The notes: a model not told the origin generated them from the sequence alone. Counted from the first letter of the stretch, positions 39,780-54,119 are shown. The stretch is 64,000 nucleotides of DNA from Camelus ferus (GCF_009834535.1 NC_045707.1:59894001-59958000), one strand, 5' to 3'. Program-made: numbers and translations.

Positions 39780-39890
39780 TTATATGTATATATAAAATAA
39801 TTTTATAGTATATATAATATATAATTAATGTATATTGTAATACAGAATTACAATATGGTACATATATATAATATACATATATTTATTTAT
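39780..39890. repeat. (TA)-rich low-complexity tract
   Basis: Read directly. Confidence 0.8.
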
Positions 39891-40619
39891 TTCAACATGT
39901 TTTAACATATATTTGAGGATGGAAAGATGCCTGGATATCACAAAGGGCAATTAGTTATCTATACTACACAAATTTTTTAACATAATACTATTTACTGAAT
40001 TACTACTAGGAGATATGACTAAACAAAAATGAATTAATGTAATATAATTTAAGAATTTTATCTGCATGGTGAAAGCTTGGCAAATTCTAAAATTTACTTT
40101 GAATGTCCAATAGTCAACTTTACATTTGGTATTAAAATAAAACAGCAGAATACCTCTGTTATCGGAGGAATGATTTCAAAGTTATTAATGTCAGGACTGA
40201 AATGTAGGCTATGTTGAGATGTACAGTTAGGTTACATTTATATTTGGATAGAAAATGGTGTACTTTCCGTAACTCGGTATATATTTTAGTCTCACACAGC
40301 TTTCAGAGAGAAAGTATGTGTCTTGGAACGCCAATTTCAAATATTAAGAGAATGTCTCCTAAAAAATCAGAAAATGAAAACATAAAATAATGTTTTTAAA
40401 AAAACACAAGGATTTAAATAGTTTAACCCCTTATCACCTTTTCCTCACATGGTATCCCTTCCTTCTTATCCTCTTAATGAATACGTATTCACCTGTTCAT
40501 TTAGTATTTATCTATTAGTGATAAAACATAGGCTAAGAGTCATGTTAAACTTTGGGAATATAAAGATGAATACTACTCAGCATCTACTCTTAAGAAACTC
40601 ACAACCTAGTGGGGTGACT

Positions 40620-41300
40620 GTTCTTGCTGTTATTCCTCATATAGCCCCATGTCAACTTTTTAAGATGATAACCAGTCACTCTCAGGAATATGGTCCTTCC
40701 CCTCTGCCAATTACAGCAGGTGATAAACAATTCCTCTGGCCCAGTGAGTATCACAACCAGAAGCCTGGGCTCATACAAGGCAGTGGGTGATGAGGGTACA
40801 TAACACCTCTGGAAAAGACCACTGGTTTTTCATGAATGTGTTTTCAAATTAAATAAGTAAACAACTGCCTAGCTAGAGATACTTCCCAGCTTCCCTTGCA
40901 TCTAGGTGTGACCACATGACAAATTTGTGGCCAGTGGAAGCTAGACAGAACCGATGTATGCAACTGCTCTTAGAAAAAACAGATATATGCTCATCTGATC
41001 CTTCTTCTTCCCATTACCCGAAGTATAAACATAATGGCGAGAGCTACAGCAGCCATCTCGGACCATGACTCGAAAGTTGTGTATTGAGAACACAACAATA
41101 AGACTGAATGAGCCTAAGTTCCTGGCTGGCTGTGTGAGAAGTGACACTCTAGCCCTGGTCTACCCTTGGCGTGCCATATAAGAATAAAACACCCATGTGA
41201 ATACACACACACACACACCAAAAACTTTTCTTATTTAAGCTACATTATGAGGAGTGGGGAGAATTACTTGTCACAACAACTTTGGACTGTAACTAACACC
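40620..41300 (+). mobile_element. MaLR LTR fragments (MLT1J-like)
   Basis: 'ttcccagcttcccttgcatctaggtgtgaccacatgac...gcagccatctcggaccatga...ttgtcacaacaac...taactaacac'. Confidence 0.7.
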
Positions 41301-41835
41301 CAGCCTTACTCCATGGGACATCTCTCTAAGAGCATCCCTGTGACTGGCCTATTCAGGATTTGAGTCTACTCTACCCCCACTCCCTGTGTTGCTTAGACAA
41401 ATCTGTTGCCATGACTTAGCTTAGATTCCTGATACTCTGTCTCACTAGCTAGATCATCCTTGGACCATACTGGCTGGCTGTGTCCTGGAAGCACTCAGCA
41501 AATGATCGAGCCTAAATATGGCTGTGAAGCTCTGACATCCCTCATCAAGGGAAGCAGTTTGTCTCATTTTCTAGGTTCTTAAGTTGCCACATATTTGCCC
41601 CAGTTATCCTTCCACTGAAGCTCTTTCCTGAGAACACACATTCAAATTATGACCCCAGAAGAGAATTGCTACATTCAAACAAGTGAGATAGACTCTTGGC
41701 AGTCTCATGTTCAATATTTATAGTTTCATCATTCGATTTTCAACTCTTCCCAGCAACTTAAGGGGCCTTGACGTTTAAAGATCTATAATTTCCATGTTGA
41801 CTTAGTCACTGTTGTTTTGGAATCATGCATTCTAA

Positions 41836-42016
41836 GACAGAGGGGATAAAAAGAGGCAAGGGAGGTGGGAGGAGGTAGAGAGGGGGTGGGTAAAGGCAGG
41901 GGGGATGGAGGGAGGAGAAAGAAGATGGGAAGGAAAAGAAAAGGAAGTAGGGAAAATAGACCAAGGAGGGAAGGAGGGGTGATGAGACAGAAGAGAGGAC
42001 AGAGAAGGGGTGGGAT
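41836..42016. repeat. Polypurine (G/A-rich) low-complexity tract
   Basis: About 180 nt, almost entirely G and A, with multiple GGG runs. Confidence 0.85.
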
Positions 42017-42628
42017 GACAGCTCTCACTTCAGGGCTCTTTGTAACTTTGAGGTCTAGAAAAATAAATTTAAAGAGAAACAGAAGATGTGTTAAGGTGAC
42101 AGGTTAACAACTAAATAAACCTGCACTTCTGCAGTCATAGCCAGAAGAGGGAATTAACTCAAATGTTCCACAAATCCCTACCTTTCCAAAGAAACCCAAA
42201 GCAATTTTAAGAAACATGTGGTATACCTTCCACATTTCAGAAAAGACCTTCTCCCAGTACCTGGTCTGAGAAAATTAAAAAGAAGTGACTCCAAGCTAAT
42301 TCCTCAGTAACTGAGAGCGCCCAATTTTCTCTGAAAGCGAAAGTTTTCTCTATCTATTTCTATAAAAGAAATGCTTTATTGATCCAAATATTGGAAAACG
42401 AGAGTTCTCCTGCCACATGGGGGGAATAGAGCAGTTTAGACCTTTATCGTTCTGGTTAGCCGATTAACCTTAAATCTAGAAAGGAATGTTTTTCCCCTTG
42501 TTAAAGAAAAATCAAATTCAGAAAGGAAGAATAATAAAAGGAAACTGGGTCTGAGAAATCAAACTCATGGAAATCAAAAACAGAATCCTAAAAAGATGAT
42601 TTAGAATTTTACTATTCCTCTGAAACCC

Positions 42629-43316
42629 ACCTACACTGTTGGTGGGAATGTAAATAGGTACAGCCCCTGTGAAAAACAGTATGGCAATTCCTCAAAAAAT
42701 TAAAAATAGAACTACCATAATGATCCAGCAATTCCACTCCTGGGTATATATCTGAGAAAAATGAAAACACTAATTTGAAAAGATACACACACCCCAGTGT
42801 TCATAGTAGCATTAATTACAATAGCCAAGATACGGAAGACACCTAAGTGTCCATCAACAGATGAATGAATAAAGATGTGGTACACACACACACAAAATGG
42901 GATACTATTCAGCCATAAAAAAGAACAAAAAGTTGCCACTTGCAGCAACATTCATGGACTTGGAGGGTATTATGCTAAGTGAAGTAGTCAGAGAAAGACA
43001 AAAATGGTATGATACCACTTATATGTGGAATCTATAAAATGTAACATACTAGTGAATGTAACAAAAAAGAAGCAGACTCACAGATATGGAGAACAAACTA
43101 GTGGTTACTCATGGGGAGGAGGGAAGGAGAAAGGGGCAAAATAGGGGGAGGATATTAAGAGCTACAAACTACAAGGATATATTGTACAATACAGGGAATA
43201 TAGCCAATATTTTATAAAACTATAAATGGAATATAAACTTAAAAATGTGAATCACTATATTGCATACCTGTAACATATAATACTGTACAGCTACTTTACT
43301 TCAGTTATTAAAAAAA
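42629..43316 (+). mobile_element. 5'-truncated L1 (L1MA9-like / laurasiatherian 3' end)
   Basis: End of ORF2 ('ctacactgttggtgggaatgtaaa') plus 3' UTR 'agggaatatagccaatattttata' and an A tail. Confidence 0.9.
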
Positions 43317-46047
43317 TTTTTTAAATCAATCCCTTTGAAATAACAGGAATTCTTTATCTCCAAAGAGTAATTCAATCAAATATTTACTTTAAGCAAGTTA
43401 CCAACTTAATGTTGAGAGTAGTCCTAGGTCTGTTGACCTCCTAAGAGCTAGCTAAAAGACTGCCTTACTTTGGTTTGACAAGATTTTTCAAAAAAATTAT
43501 TGCTACTTTTACATGGGTCTAGGAATCAGTGGAAATTTTCAACAGAAACTTACTATATATCAACTGAAAAGTCAAAGCATATAATAGTTTTACTAATTTC
43601 TTACAGGGTTTAAGTTGGAAAATTAAAATACAAGTAGACAAAACACACACTATTAAATGATATTTGGAGGAAATTTTAAAATTTTTACCAAATGCTGAGA
43701 CATCTTCTGACACTGGAAAAACATGGAATTATAGCAAAAGTCAATATAAAATATGATAGACTATAAAAATACTAAAACTAAGAATCACTTAAGCCTTAGT
43801 TATTGTCAACCAAGCACAAGCTTTTAAAATAGAGTTAATGAAAAAATCATGAATCACAAATTATTTTTGTGCAGGGATATCATTTAATAGTTCTATCCAC
43901 AAAACCAAGCCCGCAACTTACTTGAGAGTGTAATTCATAATAAATCTAAACTTTAAAATACAGAGTTTTTTTAAACCCAGGTTGAACTTTAAAATATTTT
44001 GCTAGTACTTAAAATATTTTATGTTCCTGTCCTAAACTGTGAACAAACTTTGGTTACTGACTTTCTTAAAAATATACACCTCTGTTTGCTCCAAAATCTA
44101 CAACACGACTCACTGATGCTTTTGCAGACAGTTGGCTTGCATCTTTTCTCTGTGTCTTGCCACCAGAGCTCAGCGCCCAGAATGGCTCCACACGTGCTAC
44201 ATCAAATTTTATTATTATCACAATATAGGAAGGATACAATATAAGTGTGAGATCTGAAATTAGATGTAAAATGAACTTTCATCGAAATCTACTACCTGAA
44301 CCCAACATGGACTATCTGTTGGAAAATAAAAGGTGATTTGTATTAAGCAAGGCTCCCAGAGAGAGCCTTCATTACAAATGCATCTTTGAAGAGACATGCA
44401 CTCACTGTACTCAGTCCAATTCTTCCAGCCTGGGCCAAGATATGTTGGGGTCAAGTACAGAATATAGTACACAGAGTTCTTCTTTTAAGAGTGACAGGGG
44501 AGGACCAAGTTGGATATGAAGAATGAAAATTAACATACTCTCTCCAAAATGTTGTTAGCTGATGGCAAAAATTGAACTTCTAGCTTGATGCAGTCAAAGT
44601 AATGCAAACCACATACCCTTCTCCGTAATCCACGCTCCTTATCTGAAGAAAGGCTTGAAGTGGGGGGACTCTAAGACCTGACGGGGGGAAGGTGTGACAC
44701 TTCCCATTGAAATTCATTCCTCTCTAGACAGATCTACTGAACAGCACAGCAGTTTCACAGAAGAATGAACTTCAGGAAATAACCAAAGATGTTTTCTAGT
44801 TTAATCCTGAGCTCAATTAAATACTCACAGAAATCCTATCATTTTTAAATTGTACCCTTTGCCTTCTTTTTTAGGCCTGCTAAAACAATCTAAAAGTGAT
44901 ACATCTCTAGTATTTCTAATTAAAACCAAAAACTATTGATAAAACATACAAACAACCCTCTGTGGAAAGACCTGTCATGTCATTTGTTTTCCTAATTATG
45001 AAAACACAGCCTGTGTCCCAGCCAAGCTCCCTGCTGAATCAGACCATGAAATGAGCATCTTACTTGCAATGTTGGTTTTACATCTGGTTGTTGTCAACCT
45101 CACAGGCCCAGCTGCTGATCATGAGGTGGATTCGACTGATCAGTTACCGGGCACATAATGACAGTCAGGGGTCAGCTGCGAACATCACAATCAACCAGGG
45201 ACAAAATGAGAAGCCCGTTCACAAAATGGCAATTAGATAAGGGGGCATTGAGCTAGTGACCCCAGACCACCTTCGATATCCACATCACTCACGTAAAACA
45301 ATTAGGAAGACCAGTCCTTACAGCTGTTACGCAAAACAGCAAAGCCAGGACAGAACGGTATAGAAACACCTGGCTTATTGTGAGCCAAACAAATTCTTAG
45401 GTGGCAACGTGGAGAAGAGAGAATGTATTACTTACTGAACATACATACTACAAGGGAGAAAGAGGGCAAAATGATGTCTTAAATGAAATAACAAATCAAT
45501 AAAAATTCACTCCTTTCTACCTCAAATAAGAATCTCAGAGGATTGTTCCCTAATTCTGTAATAAAACAGGTATATTGCTCTGTGCTAGTACTGCAATAGC
45601 TCATCTCCTATGCTTCCTGCTATTTGGGGGGAAGGCAAGGGATTCATGGCACTTTTAAATAAGATGATTCATACAATGTTCCAGTTGGCCATGTAAATAT
45701 TTACTCATATTTCAGTTCATACAGCTCCATATTTTAATATTAATTTGTAGTGGACATTAGTCAATCATGCCATTCCTTTGCAAATGTCATAATTCTTCAA
45801 ATATAAAATCCAATTTAAAAAAAACCTATATCGAAAGATCATGACCATTTCTAATATAAAATATCTGAGTGCCTGCATACATTAATATTTTTAAAATAAT
45901 CTACCATCTTTGGTTAAAAAAAAATCACAACCTCGAAGTTTATTTTTGCTAAAGATGCAGACTTTTAGAGATGAACTTTACTATGAAGACAATACTTTGA
46001 GGGTCTTTACCCAAAAATGTATGGGCCCCTTGACAGGAATTTTACTG

Positions 46048-46069
46048 TTTTTTTTTTTTTTTTTTTTTT
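46048..46069. repeat. poly(T) run
   Basis: About 22 consecutive T. Confidence 0.9.
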
Positions 46070-46091
46070 AAGGAATATCAAATGTTTTCAA

Positions 46092-46234
46092 GGGGGAGGG
46101 TATATAGGTCAGTGGTAGAGTGTGTGCTTAGCATGCACGAGGTCCTGGGTTCAATCCCCAGTACATCTGTAAATGAATGAAAAAAAAAAGCCTAATTACT
46201 TCCTCCCCCCAAAAAATAAAATACATTTTTTAAA
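46092..46234 (+). mobile_element. Vic-1-type SINE
   Basis: gggggagggtata...cagtggtagag...ggttcaatcccc...cctaattac; TSD-like aaatgtttt on both sides. Confidence 0.9.
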
Positions 46235-46479
46235 AAATGTTTTAATCTCAGATGACCTTATACATTACATCAGGTACATCAACAGTTCATTTCCAAAAAC
46301 TAACGCCCAAAAGAATGAGCTCCCTTCACTCACACATGCTTTTTCCTCCTATGTAAACAACTACATTTCCTTTAGATAGCATTCTTAAAAACCTCACACA
46401 TTTCTATTATATTCCAGCACTATGTTTTTAATTTACTTCACTTATATTTTTAAAAACCACAAATACAAAACTTAACAAA

Positions 46480-46650
46480 TATTTTTACAAATACTAACTC
46501 AGATCATCTTCATAACAACCCTAAAAGGTAGATGATATTATTATTCCCAGTTTAGCAGATGAGGACATTGAGACACAGAGCCTAGTATTTTTCCAAGGTC
46601 ACATAGCTATTAAGCGGCACAGTGGAGATAAGAACCCAAGAATCTGACTA
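46480..46650 (-). mobile_element. MIR SINE
   Basis: 'cataacaaccct...cagatgaggacattgagacacagag...ccaaggtcacatagct'. Confidence 0.8.
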
Positions 46651-49419
46651 CACAAAAAAACGATTTGGAGACTTTCTACCTATCAGGCATAATATTGCTG
46701 AGGTGAAACCACTTTACATACTTTTTTCAAAAATCTTAATTTAGAGTGATAAAATGACTCTAAAATGCACTTGAAGGTTAAATACATATGAATAGTAATT
46801 TCAGGAGAAAAGTAATGCTTTTTCCCTACCAGCTGCTTCAAAGACACGAGAATTTAATATACAAAGATTCAATTCAAATGAGCACATAGACGAAATACCC
46901 TATAAGTGGTATACAGTGGCAGCAGGCTAGAATTCAACCTGGGAAGACAATTTAAGATACATGTGAATGTTTAATATAATAAACATTTTGTTTTAATATA
47001 TTAAAACACATTAACTACAACTAAAGACATGATATTCTGGTGCTGTGAATTCTAGATTCTGCCAAACCAAAGGAAAAGAAAAATCACACACCTGAAAAAA
47101 GTTTTACCACCAAAAACACAGGTAAAGATTAGATAGTATCAGCTTTATATCCTCAAAACATTTTTTAAAAAATAACCACTGGTTTCATCAACTGTTTGGT
47201 AGAGATTTCTAGTGCTCACTCATATCTGGGTCTCCTCTTCTCCCAGGTACATATAGTTTGATGAGCTAAGTGACTGCTTCTGGCCAAGAAGACAGAAAAA
47301 TTAAATCACAGTGCTGAGACTGAAAATGTGGCATATCCCAGATGGTGCTGGGAAATAACTGTGAGGCTCCAGCAGGTTGAGTGACCGTGTGGATCAGAGC
47401 AGACCATCACCTTAATTTGAATACGCAGCATGAGGAGAAACACACCTCTTTCACTGAGCTAGAGATTTCAGGGTTGGTTACTTATTCCTGTAGCATAGAC
47501 TGTTCCATCCTGCTTAGTACAAATGCTAACTTAATAAAACAATATTCTAGGGGTTGTACAAAGAATGATAGGTCATTTATAAGGCCATGGTAGAATTCAA
47601 AAGAACATTAAGTAATGAACAATGTAAAAATCAAATCACAAATTATTGGTGAAATTTGACAGTCCTTTCCAAAAAATGTAAAGAAAAAAATACAAAAGTT
47701 GACTACAACAGAGTTAATAATAAAAAAAGAAACTGATTTTCAGCACATGAATGGCAGGTATTTGCTGGATGAAGAGACTGAGACAAATAGAACAAATAAA
47801 ATAATGCAACATAATACTGAAACATTAGAGCTAAATAATGACCTGCATGATCAGTTGAAAAGACTCAGCACATACAAGCCAAAATTAATAAAAATAGAAT
47901 AATAGGGCTGAGGTGGACTAAAGAATCATTCCAATAAAGATATATGGAAAGAAAGAGAGAGAAAAATCAGGCCACAGTCACCTGCTCTGAAATAATACAT
48001 TACAAAAGATAAGAAATAAATAAAAAGGATACCAAGTATGACCTTGGAACTCAAAATTTTAAACACTGAGTCAACCTGTATCTATAACACAAGTTTGCCT
48101 AAAAATGAAAATATTCATACGAGTTGTAGGAAAGCAAGATTTTAATTTTTTTCCTCTTACCTATTTTGTCAAAATCTTTAAAGACCATAAACTACAGTGC
48201 AATCCCAGGTACTTTATAATAACATGAACAAAAAAGAAATCGTTTAAGGAAAAAAGATTGCAAAACTTAAGAGAATATAAAAAGATTCTGAGTGTTTGAC
48301 TAAATCAGGCATGGTTTGCATGTAACAGCTTGTTGTATGTAAGACTGTCAGTTCTGTCAACATTCAAGCTCAACTAAGAGAACTGAAGAAATTATCACAC
48401 ATTTCATTTTCTTCATATTGTTTTCTTGATGCTACAATAACATCTTCTTGCAGCTGCCTAGGAATTTTAAGATCACCATCAGTAAGTAAGAAACACTTGG
48501 ATGGGACGAGTCTGACTGGTTTGGATTTATTGATACAGACTTGACTATATTTCAGAAAGCTCTACCTGTTGCAGTAATGAGAAAATAAATACTGTGCAAA
48601 AACTCTTATTAACAAATAATCTCACTTATTGGGGCTCTGCGTACAGCTGACACATAACAAAAATTACAAATGTAGTAATTTCGTGGTAGATTCTTTACAT
48701 ATTAATGATGAGAATAAGAATAATTTCCCCCACATCTAACCTTCTGGTCTGGAGTATGCATTTGAGCTTTACATAATGTTTATCCTTTCCAGCATCCATA
48801 TTTACATTTTATGTTACAGACATTTTAATTGGTCAAAAAAAGATACCTTAATAAGATACAGAAGGAATAGAAGCTAAGGAACTTCCAAGCACTTAATAAT
48901 AAAGATAATGAGGATGAGTCAAAAACAAAGAGACATGAAAATATAAGTAAAGCCTTTACATAATTCAAAACTCATGTAGCTCTATGGTTAATATATGTAT
49001 AAGTGACAAATTAAAAAGTTTAAAAAATTTTAATGGCAAAAATCAAGAGGGCTTCAAGGAAAAGTTGAAAAGATGTGCACAAATGTATGTTTATAGTTAA
49101 GTATATTAGTAGTATTGACATAAAACTTAAAATGTGAAACTTAAGAACAAAAGAGTTGATCACATCGTATATAGCATTTTGCTAGGCTCAAGCATGTTTA
49201 GTTTCATGTCCTAGAGAGACTGTTGGGTTGCAAAGGGTGTATAAGCATCACTCAGTTTATGGCCATCACAGTAACTGGCACCACCAGCTGGACAGTTTTC
49301 AAGGTCAGACACCGACGTAGTAATCCTTCAAGTCCCCTTCTTCTTAAATGACTGCATTCACTTAAACACAAGACCCCACTGAGTCAACCTCTTAACTTCC
49401 TCTGCTGCCTCAACCTGAC

Positions 49420-50470
49420 CTTCAGTCTCCATTTCTCACTTGGATCACTAAGAACTTCCCAAACTGTTTACCTTACCCTTCTGAAATCCACTACTCCCAC
49501 AGAGAAGACACCCCTTGAAATAACAGATTCCATAACTGCAGTTCCTTTTGTAAATGGCATTCACTGGCTCCCTATTTGCTCCAAGATGAGATTCCTGCTC
49601 TGTAGTGTAACTTACAGAGGCCCTTAAGAACCTGGCACCAGGTATCTCTCCACCCACATCACTGGCTACTCTGCACCCCACCTAGCCCTAGCCCCCTCTG
49701 CTCCAAACACTGAAGTGATAAATGCCAGGTTCCCGCAACCAAACCATGCCATTCCTTGCCTTTTCTGGAATCTTTCTTTCCTACCTGTTTAACCTAATTT
49801 CTTCTCAAAGATCAAGTTTAAATATGACTTCCTCCAGGTGCCTGATGCAACCCTCTCAACCCTGGTTAGAGGTCCCTCCTAATCCAGCCCCTGTGGTACC
49901 TGGTGCCTCTTCCTGCCACAGCGCTTACCCCACTACACTTGGTATGGACTGAATGTTTGTGTCCCCAGCCCCCAAATTCTTATTTTGAAGCCCTGACTTC
50001 CAATGTGGTTGGTATTAGGAGGTGGGGCCTTTGGCAGATATGAGGTTTAGATGAGGTCATGAAGGTAGAGTCCCCACTATGGAATTAATGCCCTTATAAA
50101 CAGATGAAAAGCCTAGAGATTTCTACCTGCCTTTCTCTCCCCACCATCTCCATGCACCAAGGAAAGGCAGTGCATGTGAGGACATAGCGAGGAAGAGGAT
50201 TTTCACCAAGAACCTGATCATGCTGGCAACCTGATTACAGACTTCCAGCCTCCAGAACAATCAGCTATTTAAGCTACCTTGTCTATAATATTTATTACGG
50301 CACCTTGAACCAAGACAATATGGTACTCACCTGCATACATGTCTGAATCCATAGGTGAAATTACACTCCATGGACACAGAGACTTACCTGTCCAGGCTCA
50401 GTACTATACTCTTAGCACTGACATGGTCTCTAACACAGCAGTATATAGTTAATAATAAGACTTATTGGAA
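49420..50470 (+). mobile_element. L2 fragment interrupted by an MLT1A LTR
   Basis: L2 motifs on both sides of 49940-50317 ('aaatatgacttcctccagg', 'cttagcactgacatgg'). Confidence 0.6.
49940..50317 (+). mobile_element. MLT1A-like MaLR solo LTR
   Basis: 'tggtatggactgaatgtttgtgtcccc...ggaggtggggcctttgg...gacttccagcctccagaac...caagaca', with TG...CA ends. Confidence 0.88.
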
Positions 50471-50779
50471 ATAGCAAGCTGATGTGACATAAATGTGACA
50501 CATTAGTTAAATTTCCTAATAGAACTTTCGTTAATAATATAAAAACTTGCTCTCTGGTGCTTTCTTACATATTAAAAACACTTTAAAGTTTGGAGTTCAC
50601 CCAGTGTTATCCTAAAATAAGATTACTAAGCATAATGTTTGGAATAAATAAGAAAAATGGTAACAGAAAGGGTTTATAGAAGAGTGGTAACTATTTGCAT
50701 AATTTCAATCAAAACTTAAATTCAAGATAATTCCTCATTTTCTTCATCAAGGCATCATAGGATTTCAATTTCCACCACA

Positions 50780-51255
50780 TTTATTCCACCTTTGCCCATT
50801 GAGTGATAGTCAAGGCAGATCATAAACTTGACTTCAGCTCCAAGGATAAGAAAGAATTAGTCCACGTCAATCACGGCGATTCTATTTCCTCTGTCAGTGA
50901 TTATTTTAGAGATGGACCTGTGACCCAATTCTGGCCAGCTGAGCTGGGAAGCTTCAGGGCAGGTTAAGAGAGTCATAGGAAGTGACTGCTGAATATGGAC
51001 GAGGAACATGCAGTTCCAAAGGCCACTGTGAGCATCGAGTTTTCGCGTGAGAAGTGAGCACAGTGACATGTCTCAGGAGAAGTGAGCTCAGGAACCAAGA
51101 ACAGTCAGAACTGAGTCCTAATTGAACTGACCTGAAACCCACTTCACCACTGGATTTCCTCCTAGAGGAGGCAGTAAAATTGCTTATTAACACTGTGTGT
51201 AGTTGTTTGTTGTTGTTGTTGTTGTTGTTTTACCTGTAGCCTTTCTGATAGTCAC
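50780..51255 (+). mobile_element. MaLR LTR (MLT1K/L-like)
   Basis: 'atggacctgtgacccaattctggcc...ggcagtaaaattgctta...ttacctgtagcc'. Confidence 0.6.
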
Positions 51256-51324
51256 TTAGTCTCCCTGGTCCACAGTGTCCTCACCTGTTAAACAAATCTT
51301 TGAACTGGACGAACTCTAAGTTGC

Positions 51325-51500
51325 TATTTTCTCAGTGTGGTCCAATAAACTGCATGTATCAGAATTACCTGGGACACACTTTAAAAACACAAACTTAGTA
51401 GGCCTCCTGTCAGACTTACTAAACCAGACTCTTCAGAGATGGGTAAGAACCTCCATTTTAAAACAGCATCCCCAGGTATACAAGAAAATTTGAGATTTGA
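51325..51500. mobile_element. MER5A-like element
   Basis: 'atcagaattacctggg...cagacttactaaaccagactct...aacagcatccccagg'. Confidence 0.7.
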
Positions 51501-53116
51501 CCGGATCCATACTGAGATGTCTAAGCACTTTTAACAGTCCTAGGAGCTTTTGACTTCTGCAGCAAAATCATGTCTCTTAAAAAGATTACTAAGGATGTAT
51601 GAACACACATGCAAAAGCAATTGACATTTTAAAGAAATGATAAACAGAGTAATTCTGATGAAGCAACAATCAAGCTTACAAAAGCGCCTTGTGAAATTAC
51701 GGTTACGAGGTTATCAACTTGAAAATGTGAAACTGGCACTCTCATTTTGCCTAACAGCTATGACAAGAGAGCACTTTACCCTTGTCACTATTTTTCCTTG
51801 TCACTATCAGGATGGACATCAGACTAGGGTTACTCTGGCACTAAACGCAAAATAGGAAGACTCACCATACCTAACTCTGTTTTGTGCTTTTCACGTCTTC
51901 TTAAATAAACAAACATAATATCATGCTTATAGAAAAGATGCAATAAGTCCTTAATATGTACTGAAATTCTGCTGTGTGTCTGAAGTATAAGGTGACACAG
52001 AAAAGCAAATTGAGAGTGGCATATCAGTGGAACTTTTTATTTTAACACGACTTTTTTTACGGCTATCATCATTTCTTTCATACAATTAAAAAGCAAGACC
52101 TACACACTGAGGACTGGTCTTCAACTAAGCTGCGGTTCCTGATTTGCGGTATTCATACTCGCCTCCTTTTCAGCAGGTTACGTAATATAATCAAGGCTAA
52201 TGTCATCTCTGGCAATGAGAGAAGGACAGAGAAGCATGAAAAGAAAACCAAAAACCCTAACAGTTTCATTTTGTATGTAACATGTGGGAAAAGTTACTTG
52301 CTGTCAAACCCAGCATTTGAAGATCCTTGGAAGTTCCATCCTTATTTCCCATTCTCCCTCCTAGCTATCCCTTGACCAACATACAAAAAACAAACAAGCA
52401 AACAAAACAGAAGAAAAGAGTTGGAAACAAACGCTCACTGTATTTATACTAGAAAGTCATAACCACTTTTTTTTAATACTCTCAAAATGTCAGACTCAGC
52501 AGATTCAATGTGCTTTTTGATTTAACACTACGATTGAACTCTACTGAACTTCTTTTTGGTACCCGCTTAGACAATCCCTATGAGACACAAGAAGAGAATT
52601 CACCTACATATTTTTTTGAGAAAAACAAAATTGAGTTCCATGGTATGTTCTAGAGAAAAGCCTATGATATGCATTATTAGCCAAAATAAACTATTTTTAA
52701 ATTTCACACCCCATGCAATTTTTTACTCTATGGAATTTATTCATGAGAATGTCTCTGTATTCATAAAACTGTGATAGTGCCTGGGTTTCTGAATTAAAGC
52801 AGGTTCCTTGGTCCTTCTGTTGACCATTATTCAGTTTTTCTTCAGAAACTTTCAAAGCACAGAAGAAACAGGATTCTCTTCAAACATAATTTATTGGCAC
52901 TTAAAGTAAGAATATACAGTAACAGGACTATCACTTGAGTAATTCAGACATTTGTTTAAGAAACACCTTTCAAATTGAATTTTATATGTAACTTGACCTC
53001 AACAACTGTCCACTCCAATTGGTGTAGTAGACACTCTGAGCTTGTGATGGACTGATTCTAGTATCTTATAAAAGCTGTAGAAAGTCCATCCAATTTCAAT
53101 AGTTTATTCATACCAC

Positions 53117-53610
53117 TATTGGGAGAATATGTTTCATGAGTATTTTCACATTTCTGCATGGTCAGGACGTTCTGAGTAAAAAATTACTGGCAACCTGAGT
53201 TAAAAGATGATTGAATGGTAACCATACTTTGGAAGTTAGAAAGGGTAAATTTTTCCAGAGAGATTTAAGAGCTTATCTCCCTCAGAAGCATTTGCTTACA
53301 TTTTTAGGGTAATAAAAATCTCGGAACCCTTTCTTCCCCTCCCCAGACAGGATTTATGTCTCCATGATGGAAGAGGGGAAAACATGCTTGCTGCCTTATA
53401 GAAGCTCTGAGTTTCATAATCTGGGGCTTTTTCTCCTTTGGTGCAGTCCCTGCATGCACAGATGTGTTTAGTCCATACTGCACTGTCCCATGGGGAAGTG
53501 GAGCATGGGGAATTCGTGCTGCAAAGATGCTTAGTGAGTAAATAGTCTGTTCTCTGATCCAGAGGTCTCATGCTTTTTAGTGTTTATACACGCACATTAC
53601 AATGGCAGGT
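53117..53610 (+). mobile_element. ERV1-class solo LTR (MER89/MER90-like)
   Basis: 'ttgggagaata...catttctgca...ttggaagttaga...gtgagtaaatagtctgttctctgatccagaggtctcatg' resembles the recalled consensus. Confidence 0.65.
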
Positions 53611-53644
53611 GAGCTTTCTGCTTAAAAAAAAAGCAAGCTTCTTG

Positions 53645-54073
53645 TACTTTTTAAATTGAAGAATAGTTGCTGTACAATATTATATAAGTAACAGGTGTAC
53701 AATATAGTGATTTACAATTTTTAAAATTCATATTCCATTTATAGTTATTATAAAATACTGGCTGTATTCCCCATTTGTACAATACATCCTGGTAGTTTAT
53801 TTTATACATAATAGTTTGTACCTCTTAATCCCCTACCCCTATGTTGCCCCTCCCCCCTTCCCTCTCCCCACAGGTAACCACTAGTTTGTTCCCTATATCC
53901 ATGAATCTGCTTCTTTTTTGTTATATCCACTAGTTTGTTTTCTTTTTTAGATTCCACATTTAAGTGGTATCATACACTGTCTTTCTCTGACTTGGGAAAT
54001 AATATCCTCCAAGTCCATCCATGTTGTTGCAAATGTCAAAATTTCATCCCTTTTTATGGCTGAGTAGTATTCC

Positions 54074-54119
<46 letters not shown>

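Noticed and set aside
41783..42107. Pro/Leu-rich and Gly/Arg-rich ORFs
   Set aside because: Translations of the polypurine low-complexity tract.
46989..47008. 20-bp perfect palindrome tgttttaatatattaaaaca
   Set aside because: Real but AT-rich and lying in decayed repeat-like DNA, with no supporting context.
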